Of a DNA stretch of 17,720 bases, positions 7,768 to 17,059 are shown piece by piece. The first letter of the stretch is position 1; every line of letters begins with the position of its first letter. Both the position numbers and the translations under genes were made by a program. The notes beneath the pieces are model-generated. The model searched no databases. It was not told the DNA's origin and worked only from the letters and a program-made list of their open reading frames with translations. This stretch comes from Tubiluchus corallicola. Lineage: Eukaryota > Animalia > Priapulida. Where the stretch lies: positions 1 to 17,720 of the forward strand of contig JAQGDQ010002499.1 in the NCBI GenBank assembly GCA_030141605.1, written 5' to 3'.

Positions 7768-10700
7768 TTACCTATTAAGATATTCCTCTCTGAAAAAAGC
7801 AACATATTTCTCATAGCTCTTTTCTTTTTGCAATACCTTGTAATTGTTATCTGATATGACAAAATTTGTATAACGCAAATTGTCTATATCCGTATATATA
7901 TCACGATTTTGGATTATCCTTCTGAATACGACTATAGCCTCTTGCTTGTTTTCTATATTATCCACAATGATAAGTTCTTGATTATTTTCTATTTTCTTTT
8001 TCGCTTTAAGGTTCTTTCCTAAGGTATTTTGTAATTCATTCATATTTTGGGAGGTAAAAGCATCTTTCTGTGGTATAAGAAGAATAAACAGGTGTTTGTT
8101 ATTAGGGCTGGCAATGTACTCTTTTTGTAAATTTTGAGGAGCAATTTCCGTTACATCTTTTATCTCTGCTTCTATTTCTACTACTTGAATTTCTACTGAG
8201 TCTTCTACTTCTGGCTCAGGTATTTTTTCTGGCTCCTTATAATCATAATTGATGTAATTTTGATAGAAAAACTCTTTATAATAAGCAAGCTCCTTCTCAT
8301 TGGCAAGTATTTTATAGTTACTTTCAGATATTACAAAATAGTCATATTCTATATTTTTCAATGTTTTAAATGCATTAGTGTCTGTTTTTATAGTATTATA
8401 GTATTTAAGAGCATCTTTTTTGTTTTTCAAACCTTCTATAATTGTCATATTTCTTTTTCTATCATATACCTTTCTCCTGAGTTCTAAATCTATATCTATA
8501 AATTGCGTAATATTAAACTCTGACAAATTAAATATCAATTGATTTTGCCTTATATCTTGTTTCTCAAATATAAGAACAAACAGGTGTGGCTCTATGGATA
8601 AATATCTATAAGGGTTCGTTTTAAGCTTTTTTTCTGGTTCCGTTTTTACAAGTTCCTTGTCATCCCATTTTACAGTATATTGGCGTTCTCCATCTCTTAT
8701 TATTTCGGATGCAATAGGAGATTCTCCTTGTTCAAGTCTGTGAAGCAAATCTTGTGTATAATGCTCTGTAATAGAGTCAATATCTTGGGTTAATAAATCT
8801 TCTAAAGTGGTTTTAAAATTGTGGGTATCACCAAGTTTTGCAAAGGATAGAGCTTTTACAAGCATAAACTTAGAAACAAGTGGATGTTGAGAATTTTCTT
8901 GTAAAAATTGATTACTGTTATAAATAACAATTGTGTAATAATGATTAAGATAGGCATTGTAAGTATCTTGATAATATTGTTCGTTTCCTCCCTCCTTTAG
9001 CTCTAATTCTGCAAGAAAATTGGGATTATTAATAATTTTGGTATACAAGCTGTTGGGGTAATCCTGATTAAGAAGTTGCTTGTAATATTCTGCTTGGGGA
9101 TTATTGCCAGTATCTTTATATAACAAATATAGATTGTAATAAGCGATAAGAAGATATTGCTGTTTGTCATTTTTAGCTCTCCTTTCCAATTCTAAAAAAG
9201 CTTCTATTGAACTGTCGTAATCTTCTATATCGTCCCTATATATAGTTCCTATTTCAGAAAGAGCTTCTTGTACTTGGATATGTATTTCTTGTTTAGCACT
9301 ATCACTAAATGCAAGTTGGCTTATAAACTCCTCTTTTTGTAGTTCAAATTGCTGCTGTTTTTGTTTAGCGATACTATCATCTATAGCAACGAAGTCAGAA
9401 GCCTCGCTATCAAAATCAAAATCAAATGTTGTTTTATTACTTCTTCTCCAATTATCTTCTAAAGGGCGGTCGCCCCATACCTGTTTAAACTGCTGTTGTC
9501 CTAATGATAACGCTTCTGGAGAGTCAAAATACCATACAGTTTTTCCACTTGAAGTAGCCGTAGCCGCATAAGTTTGCAAGGCTTGTTGCTGTTGCTCAAT
9601 CCTCTCTTTTTCTTTGATTTGCTGTTCTATTATCTCGTCTATTCTCTTCTCTCTTTCTGCTAAGGGGAGAGCTGCTATTTGTTTTAGACTATCCTGCGTT
9701 TCTACAAACTGTATATTTTTCACAAGCCTATTAAGTACCTTAGCTGTTGCGACTATTTGATTATACTCGGGATGATCTTTATTGATAAATTCAGCGGCAT
9801 TATTATAACTCTCTTCTGCTTGGGGATAATTCTTAATTTTAAGATATATTTTCCCCATCTGGTAATACGTACGTCCTTTAAATTGAGATTTTCCAGTATT
9901 GTTTTCTATCGATTTTTCATAATAATTAAGAGCTTCCAAGTAGTTCTCTTCTTCATATTCTATGTTACCAATTGCAAAGTAGATCCTATCTAAATAAGAA
10001 ATATTTCTCTTACCTCTCGACTTTTTAATCAACCACCTTTTAAGTTTTTCGGTATCAGTATTTTCTTCCAAGGTTGAAGCAAGCTTAAAACGTGCATTAA
10101 GTTTCATTTCATAATCGGAGGACTGCTTAATAGCAAGCTGATATTGATTGTAGGCTTTTTCTCTTTGAAGGGTTTTTTCATATAGTTGAGCAAGCAAATA
10201 AGTCAGTCGCAATCTTTCTTTTCTTTTTCTTATGGTAGGTATTGCATTCTCTAAGTGAGTAATAGCTGCATTGTAGTCTTCTTGTTTTACGAGTAGATGT
10301 ATATATGTACGTGCAAGTAAGTTCTGTAACCCAACAGGTAAATCTTTTTCTGCTTTTGCATTATCCAATATTCTTTTAGCAGATATGTAGTCCTGCTCCT
10401 CTACTTCTATTCTAGATATCCACAACAGTGCTTCTGGTCTTGATATCTCTTTGGGGAACTGATTAAGCACATAACGAAATATTTGTTTGGCAGAATCTGT
10501 TTTGTTACTAAAATAATAGGCTTTGCCCGTCAAAATATAAGCATCATCTATCCATTTTACAAATTCTTTTTTCTCTCTTAGTTTTTGTTGCGATTTAGTT
10601 GATTTGTCGCTTTTATAAACAGGCCTAACCGTAATAGAATGTAGCTTTATAGTAAGATAGGCTTTTTCTATCGCTCTATCCATCTTACTTTGTATGTTAT

Positions 10701-10941
10701 ACATTCCATAATCTTTATTGCTATAATAAAACACAGGCAACAACTGAGTATAATCTTCCTCATACTCTTTCTCTATAAGTTTCATTGCCTCCTGAAAACT
10801 CTCATTACCATTGAAATACACATTGTATTTGGATGTAAGGTTATGATAGGCTCTAGACATTGTGGTGTTTCTCTTGGTAGAACAACCAAGCAATAATAAC
10901 AATAGTAGAATGGATAGGTATTTAAATACAGTTACATTCAA
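7768..10941 (-). CDS. sprE: TPR lipoprotein of the type IX secretion/gliding SprE (PorW) family
   Basis: Lipobox LLGC then STKRNTTMSRAYHNLTSKYNVYFNG, multiple TPR-like helical repeats, WYF...FKQVWGDRPLEDNWRRS motif recognised from SprE/PorW. TTG start. Confidence 0.85.
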   Translation of the reverse strand: MNVTVFKYLSILLLLLLLGCSTKRNTTMSRAYHNLTSKYNVYFNGNESFQEAMKLIEKEYEEDYTQLLPVFYYSNKDYGMYNIQSKMDRAIEKAYLTIKLHSITVRPVYKSDKSTKSQQKLREKKEFVKWIDDAYILTGKAYYFSNKTDSAKQIFRYVLNQFPKEISRPEALLWISRIEVEEQDYISAKRILDNAKAEKDLPVGLQNLLARTYIHLLVKQEDYNAAITHLENAIPTIRKRKERLRLTYLLAQLYEKTLQREKAYNQYQLAIKQSSDYEMKLNARFKLASTLEENTDTEKLKRWLIKKSRGKRNISYLDRIYFAIGNIEYEEENYLEALNYYEKSIENNTGKSQFKGRTYYQMGKIYLKIKNYPQAEESYNNAAEFINKDHPEYNQIVATAKVLNRLVKNIQFVETQDSLKQIAALPLAEREKRIDEIIEQQIKEKERIEQQQQALQTYAATATSSGKTVWYFDSPEALSLGQQQFKQVWGDRPLEDNWRRSNKTTFDFDFDSEASDFVAIDDSIAKQKQQQFELQKEEFISQLAFSDSAKQEIHIQVQEALSEIGTIYRDDIEDYDSSIEAFLELERRAKNDKQQYLLIAYYNLYLLYKDTGNNPQAEYYKQLLNQDYPNSLYTKIINNPNFLAELELKEGGNEQYYQDTYNAYLNHYYTIVIYNSNQFLQENSQHPLVSKFMLVKALSFAKLGDTHNFKTTLEDLLTQDIDSITEHYTQDLLHRLEQGESPIASEIIRDGERQYTVKWDDKELVKTEPEKKLKTNPYRYLSIEPHLFVLIFEKQDIRQNQLIFNLSEFNITQFIDIDLELRRKVYDRKRNMTIIEGLKNKKDALKYYNTIKTDTNAFKTLKNIEYDYFVISESNYKILANEKELAYYKEFFYQNYINYDYKEPEKIPEPEVEDSVEIQVVEIEAEIKDVTEIAPQNLQKEYIASPNNKHLFILLIPQKDAFTSQNMNELQNTLGKNLKAKKKIENNQELIIVDNIENKQEAIVVFRRIIQNRDIYTDIDNLRYTNFVISDNNYKVLQKEKSYEKYVAFFREEYLNR

Positions 10942-11037
10942 TTTTCACTATTTTGAAAATTATTTTAATTCCAAGTTTATTATAACTAAAAGAATAATAT
11001 TATTTCCCAGACTTCATCATTTCTGTAAAATGTTGTA

Positions 11038-11045
11038 TATATTTG
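11038..11045 (+). promoter_or_regulatory. Bacteroidota -7 promoter element for the POT-sodN unit
   Basis: TATATTTG(CA) matches TAnnTTTG, 70 nt upstream of ATG 11116. Confidence 0.6.
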
Positions 11046-11115
11046 CAAGCCAAATTTTAATTTACAATGATAGTAAATTATTTTGTTTTCAAATAAAGTT
11101 TTCTTTTAGTATAAA

Positions 11116-12474
11116 ATGGAAAGTGCATCCACCACTGCAAAACAGCTTCACCAAAGAGATTTATGGGGACATCCTATAGGACTTTACATATTGTTCTTTA
11201 CTGAAATGTGGGAACGTTTTAGTTACTATGGTATGCGGGCTATATTAGTTCTGTATATAACGGCTGAAACCTGCAGGGAAAACCCCGGAATGGGCTGGAC
11301 TGATGCTGATGCACTATCTCTTTATGGATGGTACACTATGTTAGTTTATTTAGTTTCTATACCGGGAGGCATAGTTGCTGACAGATGGTTGGGGCAGAAA
11401 AAATCGGTAATGTTAGGTGGGCTATTGCTATGTGCAGGACATAGTGTTTTAGCTTTTGAGAATATCGAAACTTTTTATTGTGGTTTAGGGTTAATTATTG
11501 CAGGCTGTGGCTTTCTGAAGCCTAATATTTCTACTATGGTAGGCGGGCTATATAAAAGAGGAGATGTTAGAAGAGACAAAGGTTTTACTATATTCTATAT
11601 TGGTATTAACTTGGGAGCATTGTCAGCTGGTGTTTTAGTAGGATATGTAGGAGAAAAAATAGGATGGCACTATGGTTTTGGATTAGCAGGTATTGGTATG
11701 ATGATAGGACAAATTGTTTATATATGGGGGCAAAAATATTTGAAGGGTGTAGGTCAGCTTATAAGTAAGAAACACAAAGATAATCATGCTATTCATAAGC
11801 CTCTAACTCCAATAGAAAAAGATAGAATAAAAGTTCTTTTACTTCTATTTGCTGTTATTATTGCATTTTGGGGAGCTTTCGAACAAGGAGGTGGACTATT
11901 AAATCTATATGCTGAAGAGAAAACTAACAGGTCGTTCTTCTATTGGGTAGTGCCAGCTTCGTGGTTTCAATCAGTCAATCCTTTCTTTGTCATCACTCTT
12001 GGCAGTTTAATTGCTTCATTCTGGATGAAGAGAAGATTAAAGAACAAAGAAGCATCTTCGCTTTTTAAAATGGCGATAGGAATGATCATAATGGGCTTAG
12101 GTTTTTCCTTTATGGTTTCTGCTTCAATGCAATTTGATGTAGCAGGAAAATCAGCTATGTATTGGCTTGTATTGGCTTATTTATTCTTCACTATAGGTGA
12201 ATTATGCTTTTCTCCAGTAATTTTATCTTTTATCACCAAATTAGCGCCTATCAAGTACGCCTCCCTAATGATGGGAATTTACTTTGCTGTTACAGGTTTG
12301 GGGAATAAAACAGCTGGTTTACTTGGGCAATGGGCTAGTAGTTTGGGTGAACTGGCTATTTTTGGAGGAATTTTAGGTTTTTGTTTGGTATTTGGCGCTT
12401 TGTTATTACTATTTTTGAAAAAATTAAAAGCCCTTACCCATAATGTAGAAGCTGAAGAAACATTAATAAATTAA
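11116..12474 (+). CDS. Proton-dependent oligopeptide transporter (POT/PTR2, MFS; DtpT-like)
   Basis: GHPIGL, EMWERFSYYGMR (ExxERFxYY), GGIVADRWLG, FLKPNIS, FTIFYIGINLG, QSVNP, GELCFSP, with many hydrophobic helices. Confidence 0.95.
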   Translation: MESASTTAKQLHQRDLWGHPIGLYILFFTEMWERFSYYGMRAILVLYITAETCRENPGMGWTDADALSLYGWYTMLVYLVSIPGGIVADRWLGQKKSVMLGGLLLCAGHSVLAFENIETFYCGLGLIIAGCGFLKPNISTMVGGLYKRGDVRRDKGFTIFYIGINLGALSAGVLVGYVGEKIGWHYGFGLAGIGMMIGQIVYIWGQKYLKGVGQLISKKHKDNHAIHKPLTPIEKDRIKVLLLLFAVIIAFWGAFEQGGGLLNLYAEEKTNRSFFYWVVPASWFQSVNPFFVITLGSLIASFWMKRRLKNKEASSLFKMAIGMIIMGLGFSFMVSASMQFDVAGKSAMYWLVLAYLFFTIGELCFSPVILSFITKLAPIKYASLMMGIYFAVTGLGNKTAGLLGQWASSLGELAIFGGILGFCLVFGALLLLFLKKLKALTHNVEAEETLIN

Positions 12475-12483
12475 AAACTAAAA

Positions 12484-12942
12484 ATGATGAAAAAAGTATT
12501 GTTTATTTCCTTAGCAATTGTATTGACTACTGCAACAAATGTTTTTTCTCATTGCGAAGTTCCTTGTGGTATATATGATGACATACTAAGAGTAAAATTA
12601 ATGAAAGAGCATATTACTACTATAGAAAAGAGTATGAAACAAGTGATAGAACTATCTGAAGCAAGCGAAAAAAACTATAACCAAATAGTAAGATGGGTGA
12701 ACAATAAAGAAAGGCACGCCCAAGAGCTACAAGATATTGCTACACAATATTTTTTGTATCAAAGGGTAAAGATTGGCGATGCTAAAACCAATGCTATGCT
12801 GGTTGCTTTACACAAAATATGCGTGTACGCTATGAAAGCAAAGCAAACCACTGATTTGCAATACATAGAAGAACTAAGAAAAGCCACTGAGGAGCTAGAG
12901 TCTATTTATTTTGAGGGAACTCAGCACGAACATAAGCATTAG
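12484..12942 (+). CDS. sodN: Nickel superoxide dismutase precursor with Sec-type signal peptide
   Basis: Nickel-hook HCEVPCGIYD (HCxxPCGxY) at aa 23, directly after MMKKVLFISLAIVLTTATNVFS. NQIVRWVNNKERHA and AMKAKQT motifs. His-rich tail QHEHKH. Confidence 0.93.
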   Translation: MMKKVLFISLAIVLTTATNVFSHCEVPCGIYDDILRVKLMKEHITTIEKSMKQVIELSEASEKNYNQIVRWVNNKERHAQELQDIATQYFLYQRVKIGDAKTNAMLVALHKICVYAMKAKQTTDLQYIEELRKATEELESIYFEGTQHEHKH

Positions 12943-13338
12943 TTTCTGATAGTTTCTTTTTTAAGTTCTAGCTTTCATCCGCTCCCTATAAATCACTTTA
13001 TTTCAAAAAATTAAATTCTCTAATAGGCTATAAAGATATAGAGACTGAGCTATAAATAACTTGTTAATTTCTGCAAAAATGAAAAATATATATTTTCAAC
13101 TCTTTTGTGATAAATAATAAAGCCTTTATGTTCGCTTTTCGTAAGCCTAAAAACACATTTATGTAAAAAGAATAGATATTTATCAAATTCTTTCTGTGAA
13201 AGAAACAAGAAAACTATTAGCAGTATTTAGAATTTTAGCCATAGTGTTACAAAAACAAAATGTTAGCCATTTCACTAATTCAATTCTATTTGAATACTTG
13301 CCTTTTCTCCCTTAATGAAATAGATGTATTGTTTACAA

Positions 13339-13701
13339 TTAAAACAAACCGTCTCTAAGCATTACCAAAGTACAGTCTTCCACTACTTTAATATTATTTT
13401 TTAGAGCCTTTTCTACCAAGTCTTCATTTTCTGTACCCGGATTGAAGATTATTCTTTGTGGCTTCAAGCTAAATATATAATCAAAGTATTCAGGTTGTCG
13501 CTCAGCATTTATATAAAGCGATACAGTATGTATATCATCAAAATGGGGCTTACCCACTACAATACGATGTTCGCCAATTTTTTCATCCTTTATGCCCAAT
13601 GGCACTACAGAATGCCCATAGCCCCCAAGCAGCTCTACTGCTTTATAAGAAAATCTTTCAGGGTTTGGACTGGCTCCTATTACTAATGTTTTCTTTTCCA
13701 T
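13339..13701 (-). CDS. CoA-binding domain protein (CoA_binding_2/YccU-like)
   Basis: KTLVIGASPNPERFSYKA, IHTVSLY, RIIFNPGTEN, CTLVML; 120 aa. Confidence 0.9.
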   Translation of the reverse strand: MEKKTLVIGASPNPERFSYKAVELLGGYGHSVVPLGIKDEKIGEHRIVVGKPHFDDIHTVSLYINAERQPEYFDYIFSLKPQRIIFNPGTENEDLVEKALKNNIKVVEDCTLVMLRDGLF

Positions 13702-13784
13702 AATACATAATATATTTATAATAATTAAGTTAGCTTATTTTATATAGTTTTGTTTAATATTTTGATTTTTTTAATACTTGCATA

Positions 13785-14561
13785 ATGAAACCTATTTATC
13801 GATCTCTATTTCTTGCAACAATAGTAAGCATTATTTTTAGTAATACTTTATGTTCGCAAAATACTGAAAAAATTCAATCTTTTCAAGGAGGAGAAAAATT
13901 AAAGTTTAGGCTACATTATGGTTTCGTTACAGGGGGCTATGCAACACTGGAAATAATAGACAAACGTTATTCTTCCGAAGATGTTTTCCACGTAGTAGGC
14001 AAAGGTTGGTCAGTAGGTATGTTCAATTGGTTTTTTAAAGTGCGCGATTTGTACGAAACCTATTTAAAAAAGGAAGATGATATGCCTCTATTTTTCAATA
14101 GAGATATTCACGAAGGAGGATATGAAAAAAAACGACAAATAAAATTTGATAGAGAGAAAAACAAAGCCTACACAGAGAATAAAGAATTTACCGTACCTGA
14201 TAGTGTTCAGGATATGCTTTCTGTCTACTACTTTTTACGTAACCAGCCTGTAGAAGAAATGCAAATTGGAGATGAGTTGTTGGTAAGTATATTTATGGAT
14301 TTAGAAGTTTTTGGAATGAAACTTCGCTTTCTTGGCAAAGAAGAATTAAAAACAAAATTTGGCAAGTTAAGATGTATGAAATTTAGACCTCTGATACAAA
14401 GCGACAGGATATTCAAAGAACAGGAGAGTTTGACAGTGTGGGTTTCTGATGACAAAAATCGTATTCCTATTTTATTGAAGGCAGAAGTACTGGTAGGCTC
14501 TATAAAGATGGAACTGGTAGAATATAGTGGATTAAAATATCCTATTCACTTTTCAAACTAA
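13785..14561 (+). CDS. DUF3108 domain exported protein
   Basis: Signal peptide, FQGGEKLKFRLHYGF, FFKVRDLYETY, VQDMLSVYYFLR, VWVSDDKNRIP, VGSIKMEL. Confidence 0.8.
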   Translation: MKPIYRSLFLATIVSIIFSNTLCSQNTEKIQSFQGGEKLKFRLHYGFVTGGYATLEIIDKRYSSEDVFHVVGKGWSVGMFNWFFKVRDLYETYLKKEDDMPLFFNRDIHEGGYEKKRQIKFDREKNKAYTENKEFTVPDSVQDMLSVYYFLRNQPVEEMQIGDELLVSIFMDLEVFGMKLRFLGKEELKTKFGKLRCMKFRPLIQSDRIFKEQESLTVWVSDDKNRIPILLKAEVLVGSIKMELVEYSGLKYPIHFSN

Positions 14562-14578
14562 CATTGTGAAACTTTTCT

Positions 14579-14586
14579 TACATTTG
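14579..14586 (+). promoter_or_regulatory. Bacteroidota -7 promoter element for lysC-lysA
   Basis: TACATTTG(CA) matches TAnnTTTG, 33 nt upstream of ATG 14620. Confidence 0.65.
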
Positions 14587-14619
14587 CACCTGTTTTTTTC
14601 GTAATTAAGTCATAAAAAG

Positions 14620-15927
14620 ATGAAAATTTTAAAGTTTGGCGGTACTTCTGTGGAATCTGCCAATATGATGAAACAAGTTGCCTCTTTGGTAATGAACAAA
14701 GAAAAAAAAGTTGTTGTACTATCGGCAATGTCTGGCACCACCAATACACTTGAAGAAATAGGACGTTTTATAAAAGATAAGAAAAATAAGAATGCCCTAC
14801 TACTTGCTAAAAACTTAAAAGAAAAATATGTAAAAACAGTAAGTGAGCTTTTCCCTAAGAAAAAAGATGAAGTAAATAAAGAAGTAAGTTTCTATTTTAA
14901 CAGGTTAAACAAACTAATAGAAGAAGAATATTCCAAAGAAAGACAAAAAGATATACTATCTGTTGGTGAACTGGTAACAAGCAAAATATTCTATTTCTAC
15001 CTTGCAGAACAAGGAGCTGATGTAGCCTTATTGCCTGCCCTTAACTTTATGAAAATTGACAATGATGGAGAGCCTGATGCAGATGCTATAAAAAAAAATA
15101 TTATTCCCATATTACAAGAAAACAAAGCCACTGTATATGTTACACAAGGATTTATTTGCAAAAATCCGAGTGATAAAATAGACAACCTAAAAAGAGGGGG
15201 AAGCGATTATTCTGCATCCTTAATAGGACAAGCAATAGCAGCTGATGAAATACAAATTTGGACAGATATTAGCGGTATTCACAACAATGACCCTCGCTAT
15301 GTTGATGAAACACAGCCTATTTCGAATCTTTCCTTCGAGGAAGCAGAAGAGTTGGCTTATTTTGGTGCAAAAATACTACACCCCACAAGTATATTACCTG
15401 CAAAAAAATCGGATATTCCTGTGCTTTTAAAAAATACAATGGAGCCAAAACATGAAGGCACAAGAATTTTTCATACCTCAGAAGAAAAAACAATAAAAGC
15501 CATTGCTGCCAAAGACAATATAACAGCTATAAAAATACGCTCAGGACATATGTTGTTAGCATATGGTTTTTTGTCTGAAGTCTTTGACATATTTAAGGTA
15601 CACAAAACCCCTATCGATATGATAACAACCTCTGAAGTAGCAGTATCACTCACTATAGATGATGATACCCACTTGCCTGAAATAGTCGAAAAGCTCAAGA
15701 AATATGGCAAAGTAGAGGTAGATAAAGACCAAGTAATAGTCTGCATTGTTGGCAACTTAATATCCAAAAGTAAAGGAGTAGCTGCCAAGATTTTTTCGGG
15801 TTTAAAAGGTATTCCTTTGCGAATGATTTCGTACGGAGGCAGCCATCACAATGTATCAGTACTTATAAACAAAGAAGACAAAGTAAAAGCTTTGAATCTG
15901 TTAAGTAAGAATTTATTAAACAATTAG
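14620..15927 (+). CDS. lysC: Aspartate kinase
   Basis: KFGGTSV, VVLSAMSGTTN, TQGFI, LKRGGSDYSA, IWTDISG, DPR, ELAYFGAKILHP, and C-terminal ACT domains. Confidence 0.97.
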   Translation: MKILKFGGTSVESANMMKQVASLVMNKEKKVVVLSAMSGTTNTLEEIGRFIKDKKNKNALLLAKNLKEKYVKTVSELFPKKKDEVNKEVSFYFNRLNKLIEEEYSKERQKDILSVGELVTSKIFYFYLAEQGADVALLPALNFMKIDNDGEPDADAIKKNIIPILQENKATVYVTQGFICKNPSDKIDNLKRGGSDYSASLIGQAIAADEIQIWTDISGIHNNDPRYVDETQPISNLSFEEAEELAYFGAKILHPTSILPAKKSDIPVLLKNTMEPKHEGTRIFHTSEEKTIKAIAAKDNITAIKIRSGHMLLAYGFLSEVFDIFKVHKTPIDMITTSEVAVSLTIDDDTHLPEIVEKLKKYGKVEVDKDQVIVCIVGNLISKSKGVAAKIFSGLKGIPLRMISYGGSHHNVSVLINKEDKVKALNLLSKNLLNN

Positions 15928-15928
15928 G

Positions 15929-17059
15929 ATGAAAGACATTTTAAACAAATTGAAGGGACTAAAAACTCCTTTTTACTACTACGACATCGAAGGCTTAAAG
16001 TCTAATTTGGAAGTGTTAAAGAACACATCAAGCAAGTATGGTTACAATATCCATTATGCGATGAAAGCAAACTCTAACGATAAGATACTAAGTATAATCA
16101 AAGATTTTGGGTTTGGAGCAGACTGTGTAAGTGGTAATGAAGTATTGAAAGCATTAGAAATAGGATTTGCACCAGAATCAATAGTTTTTGCAGGAGTAGG
16201 AAAAACAGATGAGGAAATTAACATTGGAATAGACAATAATATTTTTTGCTTCAATGTAGAGTCTGCTCCAGAACTTGAAATTATTAATAAGTTAGCAGGT
16301 AAGAAAAACAAAAAGGTAAACGTTGCATTTAGGATAAACCCCAATGTAGATGCAAATACTCACGAGTATATCAGCACAGGCTTAAAGGAAAATAAGTTTG
16401 GAATATCTATGTGGGATTTAGAAAATCTCTACGAGAAAATTGATGATTATAAATTTATTAATGTTATTGGACTACACTTTCATATAGGTTCACAGATAAC
16501 TGATTTGAATGTTTATAAAAACCTCTGTCTTAAAATTAATGATATACAAAATAAATGGGTAGAAAAGGAATTGAGATTTCAACACTTAAATGTAGGTGGA
16601 GGACTTGGTGTAGATTATAAAGACCCAAATAAACAAAGTGATTTTGAAACATATTTTAAGGTATTTCACAATAATTTAAAACAAACAAAAGAACAACAAG
16701 TCCACTTTGAGCTGGGACGCTCCGTAATAGCCAACTACGGGATGCTAGTAACAAAAGTAATATACGTGAAAAAAAGCATTACCAAAAACTTTGCTATTGT
16801 GGACGGAGGTATGACAGAATTATTGAGACCTGCACTATATCAAGCGCAACATGAAATAACAAATATAAGTTCTAACAAACCAATCAAGAAATACGATGTA
16901 GTAGGACCCATCTGCGAAACAACAGATTGTTTCAGGAGAGATATTGAACTTCCGGAAACGAAAAGAGGCGACTTGCTCATAATAAAAAGTGCAGGAGCGT
17001 ACGGAGAGGCAATGTCTTTGCAATATAACTTACGTAGCAAAGCCAAAGCCTACTATTAG
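15929..17059 (+). CDS. lysA: Diaminopimelate decarboxylase
   Basis: YAMKAN (PLP lysine), STGLKENKFG, HFHIGSQ, NVGGG, RPALY, VVGPICETTD, GAYG. Starts 1 nt after the lysC stop. Confidence 0.97.
   Translation: MKDILNKLKGLKTPFYYYDIEGLKSNLEVLKNTSSKYGYNIHYAMKANSNDKILSIIKDFGFGADCVSGNEVLKALEIGFAPESIVFAGVGKTDEEINIGIDNNIFCFNVESAPELEIINKLAGKKNKKVNVAFRINPNVDANTHEYISTGLKENKFGISMWDLENLYEKIDDYKFINVIGLHFHIGSQITDLNVYKNLCLKINDIQNKWVEKELRFQHLNVGGGLGVDYKDPNKQSDFETYFKVFHNNLKQTKEQQVHFELGRSVIANYGMLVTKVIYVKKSITKNFAIVDGGMTELLRPALYQAQHEITNISSNKPIKKYDVVGPICETTDCFRRDIELPETKRGDLLIIKSAGAYGEAMSLQYNLRSKAKAYY

Noticed and set aside
1-8580. Diversity-generating retroelement (template and variable repeat pair)
   Set aside because: Differences are not adenine-specific (C/T, T/C and G/A all occur), are mostly silent, span kilobases, and no reverse transcriptase is present.
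7651-11179. Short + strand ORFs 7651..7854, 8260..8487, 9757..9993, 10690..10896, 10862..11179
   Set aside because: They overlap sprE antisense or span its promoter region, have shadow-like composition and no recognisable motifs.
14562-14619. Lysine riboswitch upstream of lysC
   Set aside because: Only 58 nt of spacer, containing a promoter motif; far too short for the aptamer.
16700-16725. lysA has ELGR instead of the textbook EPGR
   Set aside because: I recall this as an ordinary variant in Bacteroidota LysA, and all other catalytic motifs are intact.
13456-17046. Short ORFs overlapping the CoA-binding, DUF3108, lysC and lysA genes
   Set aside because: Antisense or alternate-frame overlaps of well-supported genes.
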